Assembly: GCA_002269645.1 (NCBI GenBank)
Contig: NIVC01000005.1
Span: forward strand, 1-45,129
Length of the DNA: 45,129 bases
Reading direction: 5' to 3'
From: Macrostomum lignano
Lineage: Eukaryota
Positions within the stretch are counted from its first letter, which is position 1. Each line of letters opens with the position of its first letter. Positions 32,944-43,257 of this stretch are shown here, one piece after another. The notes below the pieces were generated by a model, which worked only from the letters and a program-made list of their open reading frames with translations, was not told the origin of the DNA and made no database searches. The position numbers and the translations under genes were made by a program.

Positions 32944-33400
32944 GGCAGTTGTTATTTGTCTAGTGACTGGACAAATAGCGATGTGGTTATTTGTCTGGTT
33001 ACTGGATCCTGACCATGCTTTCCAATTAATTCGGTTAATACCAGATAAATAGACATTTTGTTATTTGTCCGGTTAAATTGATAATGCTAAAATATCTAGT
33101 TTATAAAAACCACAAGGGTAAATATTCCTAGACTTCAAAGACTTCTTACTCGTGTCTTGATTATTATATTGTCATACTAATGTGTGTCTTATACACCAAA
33201 TTATGCCAAATTGAATAGGCCCTACATTGCTTTGTTGCTTATACTCAAGTAATACAAGAAAATATTAATCAGTATATGAGAAAAGGTCTTAAAAATCTAG
33301 AATATTCATTATGAAACAAATAAGATATTTGCGTTAGCAATTTAACCGGACAAATATCAAAAAGGCTATTTGTCTGGACACCGGACAAATAACAACTGCC
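32944..33400. mobile_element. Non-autonomous TIR element (MITE, Mutator/foldback-like), 457 bp
   Basis: Perfect 17-bp TIR GGCAGTTGTTATTTGTC / GACAAATAACAACTGCC, extendable to ~36 bp with mismatches; subterminal TATTTGTC(C/T)GG repeats; 9-bp direct repeat AATAAATAA on both flanks. Confidence 0.8.
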
Positions 33401-34324
33401 AATAAATAATAATAGCTTTTTTGATTCTATATACCATTTTTATATACCTTTGCCAAGTTTATAGCTTATATACATTATAAAAAACAAAATACTTATATTT
33501 ATCCCCCTAAAAAGTTTTAGTTGTATTAAGTAGTAGATCTAAGATTTTTGGGAGGAGATAAACAGGTAGACAAAAGGGTATCTTAACCCTAAAATAGGGT
33601 ACAATATACATATATTATCTTTAATACTTTTGTATTAGTATACAAAGCATTATACATGAAATGGCTAATTGACTTTATACAAAATGTAAATTTCTTGTAT
33701 GGCATATCAATTAATATATATGCTACCTTAGTATACTTATGTTGTTATGAGTATCTTTGTTTAAGTGCATTTAGATTCAACTACAATAAAAATAGCCCTA
33801 GGTATAGGTATTTAGCAGTAAAAAATGATTAAGTAGCTGACTAAAAAGGTACTTAGCATAGCTTGAGTTTAATTTCAGCTAGAAAAAAACTATTGTCATT
33901 GACTATTGTGAGTTGTTAGCTTTATTAACAAATAATTTTCAAACAGAATAATCAATGTAATTGCATCAAGTATTATATTAAGTTTATCTCTCATTAATAT
34001 TGCACAATATTAAGCAAGTCAAAATCTACCTTGAGCTTTTGTCTATAAGAAATACTACCAAACAACTATTAGTTTTAAGCTTAATTTTTAGTTATTTACA
34101 AAACAAGTATATTTTGCTTCTTAAGATCTGCTGACTATCTAGATTCCAGATAGCTCAAAGTTTTTATTGACAATAGTTGCGCACTTTGAACACGTCTACT
34201 TTGCTTTAAATGAAAGCTTTGCCATCGAATTAGGCTCAGATATTTGCAGTATTTTTCCTCATTGCTAATTGGACACCAATGGGTTGCCCGCAGGCTTGGA
34301 TCCCTCACTAGTGGCCGCAGACAA

Positions 34325-37300
34325 ATGGAGCTCAGCAGTCAGCGGTTCAACTCCCTGGCCACCAAGGAGATCTCGCAGATCGTCAATGTGGAAAATGCCA
34401 AGCGCCTGGCGCTGCTGCTGATGGTCTGCTTCTCCGCCTACCACGGCGTCCTGCTGCTCAAGTCCGGCGGTGACACCTGCAAGTGGCTGCTGTCCGAGGG
34501 CCGTTTCCAGGGCTACAGCACCTGGCAACCGTCCGGCTGCATGGCGCACAAATACTCCCGGCAGGACCTGAGCATGTGCCTGAATTACATCGCCTACTGG
34601 GGCGGCCAGAACTCCATCTACTTTGTCGGCGACTCTCGCATGCGCGCGCTGTTCTCGGCCTTTGTCGAACTGCTCAGCGGCTCCCCGGCCGGGCCGCAGC
34701 GTACGGAGCTGCAGTCGGCGCCAACCAAGCTGCGCGCCGTGTTCAAGCGCTACCCGCGAACCGACGCCGATCTGCGCAGCTTCCTGGCGGCTCTGAACCG
34801 CGCCCCGCCCCAGCTGGTGGTGCTCGGCCACGGCCTCTACCAGGCTGCCAATGCCAGCATGCTGGACTCGCTTGTGCGCCAGTTTGGCGCCAATCTGAGC
34901 GCCGCTTTGCCGCAGCTGGTGGCCCTGCGCGATCGCAGCAAGCTGCTGTGGAAGCTCCAGGACCCGGTGGACGAGCTGGCCGTCAACGCCAGCCGCTACG
35001 CCTCCAACGGCCTCATCAACCGGCTGAATGAAGCCGCCAGAAGGGTGCTGGACCCCAGCGGCATCAGCGTCTGGAGCTCCAGCCGGCTCATCGCCGAGGG
35101 CGTCGGCTTCTTCAACAGCTCCGACGGCGTATCGCTCAGCCCGCTGGCGCTCAACTGGGATGTGCAGGTCGGGAATTTTCTCCCTTTAAAGCACTTTTGG
35201 CAATCTGGTATTCCCATATCGCATTCGCTATTCCCCATATCCTATCCGGTATTCCCCATATCCCACCCGCTATTCCCCATATCCTATCCCATATTCCCCA
35301 TATCCCATCCGCTATTCCCCATATCCTATCCGGTATTCCCCATATCCCATCCGCTATTCCCCATATCCTATCCCATATTCCCCATATCCCATCCGCTATT
35401 CCCTGTATCCTATCCTATATTCCCCATATCCCATCCGCTATTCCCCATATCCTATGGTATATTCCCCATATCCCATCCGCTATTCCCCATATCCCATCCG
35501 CTATTCCCCATATCCCATCTGGTATTTCCCATATCCCACCCTGTATCCCCCATACCCCATCCGTATTCCCCATGCTCCCATTCGGTATTTCCCATTTCTC
35601 CAGCCATACGCCTTATCCCATGTTCCTCATTCCATTTCGGAACAATTCCATCTTCCCAACCAGGTGTTGGCCAACTTCTACTGCAACAACCACATGAAGT
35701 ACTCGGACGGCACCTGCTGCTCGGTGCCGGAGCCCGTGACCATCAGCCAGCTGCTCACCTTCGCCTTCTTCGCCTGCTGGGCTGTGGTGGCCGGCCTGCT
35801 CTGCCTGTTCAACGCATTCGTTCGCAAGGACGGCGGCCGCCGCCTCAAGCCGACCTACGCCATGACGCACCAGCGCACCGGCTCGGACGCCAGCCCCTTC
35901 TCCGTCATCGACTCGCTGCACGAGCTCGCCTGCGCTCTGGCCAAGCTGGGCCTCGTGCTCGGCTACTTTTTCGTCTGCGACCGGACCTCCTTCTTCATGA
36001 AGGAGAACAAAACCTTCACCGCGCTCAACTTTGTCATCCCGCTGCTGTACGTGCTGGTCCTGGGGCTGTTCTTCACCGACAACTCGCAGTACACCCAGCT
36101 GCTGCACCGGGATGTCACGGACGAGTGGAAGGGAGTGGCCCAGCTCATCATCCTGGTGTACCACATGACCTCCGCCTCGCAGGTAGGGTCTGGGTGTCTG
36201 GGCCCTGTTTGTTGGACCCCGTGTCCCTATCCCCAAATCACAAGGCCCCATGTCCCTATCCCCAAATCCCAAGGCTCCGTGTCCCTATCCCCAAATCCCA
36301 AGGCTTCGTGTCCCCCAAATCCCAAGGCTCCCTGTCCCTATCCCCAAATCTCAAGGCTCCGTGTCCCTATCCCCAAATCCCAAGGCTCCGTGTCCCTATC
36401 CCCAAATCCCAAGGCTCCGTGTCCCTATCCCCAAATCCCAAGGCTTCGTGTCCCCCAAATCCCAAGGCTCCCTGTCCCTATCCCCAAATCTCAAGGCTCC
36501 GTGTCCCTATCCCCAAATCCCAAGGCTCCGTGTCCCTATCCCCAAATCCCAAGGCTCCGTGTCCCTATCCCCAAATCCCAAGGCTTCGTGTCCCCCAAAT
36601 CCCAAGGCTCCCTGTCCCTATCCCCAAATCTCAAGGCTCCGTGTCCCTCTCCCCAAATCCCAAGGCTCCGTGTCCCTATCCCCAAATCCCAAGGCTTCGT
36701 GTCCCCCAAATCCCAAGGCTCCGTGTCCCTATCGCCAAATCCCAAGACCCCGTGTCCCTATCCCCAAATCCCAAGGCTCCGTGTCCCTATCCCCAAATCC
36801 CAAGGCTCCGTGTCCCTATCCCCAAATCCCAAGGCTTCGTGTCCCCCAAATCCCAAGGCTCCGTGTCCCTATCCCCAAACCCCAAGGCTTCGTGTCCCCC
36901 AAATCCCAAGGCTCCCTGTCCCTATCCCCAAATCTCAAGGCTCCGTGTCCCTATCCCCAAATCCCAAGGCTCCGTGTCCCTATCCCCAAATCCCAAGGCT
37001 TCGTGTCCCCCAAATCCCAAGGCTCCGTGTCCCTATCCCCAAACCCCAAGGCTTCGTGTCCCCCAAATCCCAAGGCTCCCTGTCCCTATCCCCAAATCTC
37101 AAGGCTCCGTGTCCCTATCCCCAAATCCCAAGGCTCCGTGTCCCTATCCCCAAATCCCAAGGCTCCGTGTCCCTATCCCCAAATCCCAAGGCTTCGTGTC
37201 CCCAAATCCCAAGGCTCCCTGTCCCTATCCCCAAATCTCAAGGCTCCGTGTCCCTATCCCCAAATCCCAAGGCTCCGTGTCCCTATCCCCAAATCCCAAG

Positions 37301-39431
37301 GCTTCGTGTCCCCCAAATCCCAAGGCTCCGTGTCCCTATCGCCAAATCCCAAGACCCCGTGTCCCTATCCCCAAATCCCAAGGCTTCGTGTCCCCCAAAT
37401 CCCAAGGCTCCGTGTCCCTATCCCGAATCCCAAGCCTCTGTGTCCGTATCCTCCGAATCCCCAAATCACTCAAGATAAACAGCAATCCCAAAATTAGTCA
37501 AACTTGCACCGCTAATTCACTTCGCCCCCGTTCCCAGGTGCTCCCGGTGTACATGCACATCCGGGTGTGCGTGTCCAGCTACCTGTTCCTATCCGGCTTC
37601 GGTCACATGACCTATTTCTGGTCTCGCGGCTTCAAGGGCTGCCTGGTGCGCGGCCTGCGCGTGCTGTTCCGCATGAACGTGCTGGTGGTGTGCCTCTGCC
37701 TGGTCATGAACCGGCCCTACCAGTTCTACTACTTTGTGCCGCTGGTGTCTCACTGGTTCCTGGTCACCTTCTTCATGGCGGTCGCCTGGCCCCGGGTCTG
37801 CCAGGCCACTCTTGACCGCCGGCCGGGCTTCACTCTGGCAGCCGCGGCGGCCAAGCTCGGCGTGGTGGTCCTGTTGGTGTCGCTGCTGTACGCCTCCGAG
37901 TACGCCTTCAGCAAGCTGTTCCTCAGTGGCCCGGCCAGGTCGCTGTTTGTCGCCTCGGAGGACCGGTCCCGGGAGTGGCGCTTCCGCTGGTCGCTGGACC
38001 GCTACTCCAGCCTGGCCGGCGCCGCCGCCGCCATCTGCATCCAGGCGGCCAGGCACTTCCGTCTGCTGGACGACAGTCACCAGGTGGGGAGCGATGTCGG
38101 GGAAGGGAAATTAGAGATGCTTTAAAGACAGGTAGAAGGGTAAGAGCTTCTTAATTCCAGAAGAGATGTGGAATGAGGAAGCACACGTATTCGGGGAAGG
38201 ATGAATAGCGAATGGTGGACAGGTTGTAGGAAACCGGGCATGTTACGTAGGACCGGACAAGTTATGTAGGACCGGACAGTTTGAAGTAGACCGGACAAGT
38301 AGTAGGTGACCGGACAGATTGTAGGGGACCGGACAGGTTGTAGGGGACCGGACAGGTTGTAGGGGACCGGACATGTTGTAGGGGACCGGACAGGTTGTAG
38401 GTGACCGGACATGTTGTAAGGGACCGGACAGGTTGTAGGTGATCTGACAGGTTGTAGGGGACCGGACAGGTTGTAGGGGACCGGACAGGTTGTAGGTGAC
38501 CGGACAGGTCGTATTAGACCGGACATATTGTAGGTGACCGGACAGATTTTAGGGGACCGGACAGATTTTAGGGGACCGGACATGTTGTAGGGGACCGGAC
38601 AGGTTGTAAGTGACCGGACAGGTTGTAGGGGACCGGACAGGTTGTAGGGGACCGGACAGGTTGTAGGTGACCGGACAGATTTTAGGGGACCGGACAGGTT
38701 GTAGGGGACCGGACAGGTTGTAGGTGACCGGACAGGTTGTAGGGGACCGGTCAGGTTGTAGGGGACCGGACAGGTTGTAGGTGACCGGACAGGTTGTAGG
38801 GGACCGGTCAGGTTGTAGGGGACCGGACAGGTTTCGCTGAAAAGCAGAAACAGCAAGCTAGAATGGCGGTCTGTTTTGTCACAGACAGACTTTAAGTGAA
38901 TTCGCCGTATTTCCCCAAAGCACCGAAGGCCACCCGAAAGCCCCCTTTCGCCACCATCTAAAGGGTGACCTGGCGGGCCGCGGCGTGGCAGCCGGCCTGA
39001 GCCTGGTCGGCCTGCTGGCCTGCCTGTCCTACACGGCCTTCGCCGTGCTGTGCCCCAGCAAGCAGGACTGCAACTCGGTGCACCCGCTGCTGGTGGTGCT
39101 GCCGATCCTGGGCTACGCCTGCGTCCGCAACGTGTGGGGCTCCCTGCGCCAGCGCTACTCTGTGTTCTTCGCCTGGTTCGGCCGCATCGCCCTGGAGCTG
39201 TTCATCGCCCAGTACCACGTGTGGCTGTCCAACGATACTAGCGGCCTGCTTGTGCTCATACCGTCCAACTATGTGCTCAACCTGATCACCACGTCATTCA
39301 TATTTGTGTGCCTGGCGCACGAGGTTCACTCCATCACCCGGCTGCTGACGCCCTACGCTGTGCCCGACGACTGGCGCCTGGCGATGCGGAACCTGCTGAT
39401 CTTCTGCGCCGTGCTGGTGCCATCGGGGTGA
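34325..39431 (+). CDS. CASD1: CAS1 domain-containing O-acetyltransferase: join(34325-35167,35664-36182,37538-38083,38964-39431), 791 aa
   Basis: GDSRMR, WKLQDP, FYCN..DGTCC, CDRTSFFMKENK, DEWKG, LPVYMHIR, RPYQFYYFVPL, WRFRWSLDRY, FAWFGRIALELFIAQYHVWL; three phase-0 GT-AG introns. Confidence 0.95.
35215..35600. repeat. 21-bp array TATTCCCCATATCC(C/T)ATCCGC in CASD1 intron 1
   Basis: Direct periodicity. Confidence 0.9.
36218..37450. repeat. ~29-bp array CCGTGTCCCTATCCCCAAATCCCAAGGCT (with shorter variants) in CASD1 intron 2
   Basis: Direct periodicity. Confidence 0.95.
38240..38832. repeat. 19-bp array GG(G/T)GACCGGACAGGTTGTA in CASD1 intron 3
   Basis: Direct periodicity. Confidence 0.95.
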
Positions 39432-39574
39432 CGCATGGCGCCTTCTCGTTCAGCTGAGGCCCCGTGGATTCGCCTGAGACTGTCTGCTGCCCTCCTGCTG
39501 GGTGGCGCATTCCATACTGGCTTTGCTCTTAGCTGATTCACTTTTGCTTGCGTGACTTCTGTGAGGTAGAAATA

Positions 39575-40000
39575 GAGTCAGGGGTGAGATGGAGAGTCAG
39601 GGTGAGAATGAGAGGAAGATGGAGAGTCAGGGTGAGACTGAGCGAGGAAGATGGAGAGTCAGGGTGAGACTGAGACATGAAGATGGAGAGTCAGGGTGAG
39701 ACTGATATTAATTGAGATGGAAAGTCAAGGGTGAGACAGAGAGATGGAGATGGAGAGTCAGGGATGAGATTGAGAGAGATGGAGAGTCAGGGGGAGACTG
39801 AGCCCTTTGGAGACGGAGAGTCAGGGATGAGATTGAGAGAGATGGAGAGTCAGGGGTGAGACTGAGACAGTTGGAGACGGAGAGTCAGGGATGAGATTGA
39901 GAGAGTTGGAGAGTCAGGGGTGAGACTGAGACAGTTGGAGACGGAGAGTCAGGGATGAGATAGAGAGAGATGGAGATGGAGAGTCAGGGGTGAGACTGAA
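39575..40000. repeat. ~30-bp degenerate array GGAGAGTCAGGG(A/G)TGAGA.. downstream of the CASD1 stop
   Basis: Recurrent GATGGAGAGTCAGGG. Confidence 0.85.
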
Positions 40001-40779
40001 TTTAAACCCAACAGCTTAGAAGCAACTTATAGCTTGGCTTGAATTTATTCACTACTTCTCCAATTTGTTTCTTTGCCTATCAAAGCCGCGGAACTGGGCC
40101 CGAGGCCCGGGGCACTTCCTATTTTGTGAATCGCTTGCTTTTTGCGGTAGATTTCTATCCTATCTGTTCTACTAGCCCTCAGCTGTACCTATTCTGGAAA
40201 TCAAACTAATGCGCATGTGTGCATGTGCTGTACTCATGCTATGCACTCCTGGCCTGTACATATAAGTGTGGTTGCGACGTGCAGAGCATGTCACTGGGCT
40301 GGCTCTGATGCCCCTTCCTTAGTTTTTGCATAGAAGTTTAATTTATTTTTAGTAGATTTATTATAGTTACCGCCTTCCTAGTTTGTTTGCTTTGTTCAGT
40401 GAGAAGGCGCTGTCGCCGTTTCTGTGTGCGTTTGAATGCTCTTCGGCACTTTATACGCTTTATATGCTACTCAGTATTTCCTCAAGTAAGTAGTTTGGCT
40501 GTAAAGAAAAATTATTTCTTTTTTCTTTATATCTGGCTCTGCAAGCCGGTCGGAGTTGTTGCGCAATAGTTCCCCTGCCTGATGCACCACCCTGTGCTTT
40601 CTCTAGACAGGCACGCTTAACTCTTAATTGCGTTTTTTAGCTTCTCTATCAAAACTTCTCCAGCTTATTATCGCTGGCTATTTAAGGCAGATTGGAGTTT
40701 GTCCCGCTGCTGTCCTGTTTCCATTCTGAGTGCGAGGGAACTGTGAGCATATCAAATGGGCTATGAAAGTATGAGGTAT

Positions 40780-41555
40780 CATGTGCGGTATCATGTGCCA
40801 CTGAATGAGTCATAGTGGCTGTGCGGTATCATGTGCCACAAAATGAGTCATAGTGGCTGTGCAGTATCATGTGCCACAGAATGAGTCATAGTGGCTGTGC
40901 GGAATCATGTGCCACTGAATGAGTCATAGTGGCTGTGCGGAATCATGTGCCACTGAATGAGTCATAGTGGCTGTGCGGTATCATGTGCCACAAAATGAGT
41001 CACAGGCTGTGTGAATCATGTGACTGAATGAGTCATAGTGGCTGTGCGGGGTATCATGTGCCGAATGAGTCATAGTGGCTGTGCGGGGTATCATTTGACA
41101 GAATGAGTCATAGTGGCTGTGCGGTATCATGTGCACAGAATGAGTCATAGTGGCTGTGCGGGGTATCATGTAACAGAATGAGTCAATGGCTGTGCGGGGT
41201 ATCATGTAACAGAATGAGTCAATGGCTGTGCGGGGTATCATGTGACAGAATGAGTCAATGGCTGTGCGGGGTATCGTGACAGAATGAGTCATAATGGCTG
41301 TGCGGGGTATCATTTGACAGAATGAGTCATAGTGGCTGTGCGGTATCATGTGCACAGAATGAGTCATAGTGGCTGTGCGGGGGTATCATGTAACAGAATG
41401 AGTCAATGGCTGTGCCGGGGTATCATGTAACAGAATGAGTCAATGGCTGTGCGGGGTATCATGTGACAGAATGAGTCAATGGCTGTGCGGGGTATCGTGA
41501 CAGAATGAGTCATAATGGCTGTGCGGAATCATGTGATGCGGAATGAGTCATAACA
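40780..41555. repeat. ~39-bp array GAATGAGTCATAGTGGCTGTGCGG..TATCATGT, ~20 copies
   Basis: Direct periodicity. Confidence 0.92.
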
Positions 41556-41808
41556 GGCACAATTATCCTTTGTGATACGCAAAATGAGTCAAAATTTGCA
41601 CAATCAAAAACTTTCGTATTCCTTGTGTAACGTCCTAAGCTGCTTTATGTTCCCCTTGTGGTATCGAGCGATACTACTTTCCTTATCGGCACTATTAGTA
41701 GTATTTATTATTTCTATCCTCAAGCAAGCAGATCTGACATATTTATATCTCACGAGCATTTTTCTAGTAAAAAATTTCTAACATAGAGCATAGATTCCCC
41801 GCGTGCAG

Positions 41809-41817
41809 CACTTCCGG
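41809..41817 (+). promoter_or_regulatory. CACTTCCGG (ETS-type) motif, possible TMEM68 promoter element
   Basis: Consensus match in unique sequence ~680 bp upstream of the ATG; motif only. Confidence 0.3.
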
Positions 41818-42015
41818 CGTTACCTGTCGTGTGTTTTCCCCTTTTCCCCAGAGAATATCGCCTTTAAAACCTTCCCATTTGCTACCTAGCACTAACAGTT
41901 GACTTGAAGAAACTGAACTGCAGGCCCGTTGCTTTGGCTTTGGCGCTTGTTTTTGTGAGACATTGCTGCAACATTTACCGCCTTTAACTTCTGATATTGG
42001 ACTTTTTTACTTTGG

Positions 42016-42458
42016 CACTCCAGTGACAGCAATCTGTAGGCAGGGCACTCCAGTGACAGCACTCTGTAGACAGGGCACTCCAGTGACAGCACTCTGTAGA
42101 CAGGGCACTCCAGTGACAGCACTCTGTAGACAGGGCACTCCAGTGACATCATTCTGTAGACAGGGCACTCCAGTGACAGCACTCTGTAGACAGGGCACTC
42201 CAGTGACAGCACTCTGTAGACAGGGCACTCAGTAACAGCATTCTGTAGACAGGGCACTCCAGTGACAGCACTCTGTAGACAGGGCACTCTAGTGACAGCA
42301 CTCTGTAGACAGGGCACTCCAGTGACAGCATTCTGTAGACAGGGCACTCCAGTGACAGCATTCTGTAGACAGGGCACTCCAGTGACAGCATTCTGTAGAC
42401 AGGGCACTCCAGTGACAGCATTCTGTAGACAGGGCACTCCAGTGACAGCACTCTGTAG
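42016..42458. repeat. 30-bp array CAGGGCACTCCAGTGACAGCA(C/T)TCTGTAGA, ~15 copies
   Basis: Direct periodicity. Confidence 0.95.
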
Positions 42459-42492
42459 GCCGCACGGCTGTTCCACTCCCGCAGGCCCAGCA

Positions 42493-43231
42493 ATGCCGGC
42501 AGCCGGTCTGGCAGCAGCCCTGGCCGACCTGCTGTTGCCCGATCCTGGCACGCTGAGCTACCTGTCATGGCTGTACTATCTGTACCTGCCCGCCATCACC
42601 TGCCTGCTGCTGCCCTACCTGGTTGTGCTCTTCCTATACTTCTCCCTGCTCTGGCTGCAGCTGTGGAAATGGCGCCACCGTCTGGCGGAATCCTACCAAT
42701 ACTCCATCTGGCGGGGCGCCATCCACACAGCCCTTGGCTTCTGGGCCACCTTTGGACGACTCTGGCATGGATACGAGGTTGGTAGAGTTTCTGGTCTGCC
42801 TGAACAAGCCCACTGATGTACAATCAGCCTTATTGTGTACACTCGCATAACCAGTCTTTCCCCAAATTCCCTAAAAGGTTTCCGGGCTGCACCGGTTGCC
42901 TAGCAACGGTCCGGCCCTGCTAATCGTATACCACGGCGTATTCCCGCTGGACGTGTACTTCCTGGTGGCCCGCCTGGTGCTGGAGACGGACCGGCAGCCA
43001 TTCATAGTTGCCGACAATTTCCTGTGGAAGGTGCCGGGCTTCGCCCTGCTGCTGCGCGTCATGAACGTCACGCCTGGCACCGTGGAGACCTGCGCCGATG
43101 CGCTGCGCCAGGGCCGCGTCGTCATCATCATGCCGGGCGGCCTGCGCGAGGCGCTGTTCGCCGACCCCTTCTACAGCATCGAGTGGTCCCGGCGGACCGG
43201 CTTCGCGCGGGTTGCCATCTCTGCTGGAGCC
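42493..43231 (+). CDS. TMEM68: TMEM68/DIESL acyltransferase, partial: join(42493-42777,42878-43231); continues beyond the window
   Basis: LLPY..FLY, WHGYE|VSG, GPALLIVYHGVFPLD (HxxxxD), ADNFLWKVPGF, PGGLREAL, GFARVAI; GT-AG, phase 0. Confidence 0.92.
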
Positions 43232-43257
43232 GTGAGCGATCCCGCTGAACTCCCGCG

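Noticed and set aside
34244-38125. 1293-aa ORF spanning CASD1 exons 1-3
   Set aside because: Introns 1 and 2 (496 and 1355 nt) have compensating frames and C-rich stop-free arrays; exon 2 is read out of frame in it. The spliced model matches CASD1, so this is an annotation trap
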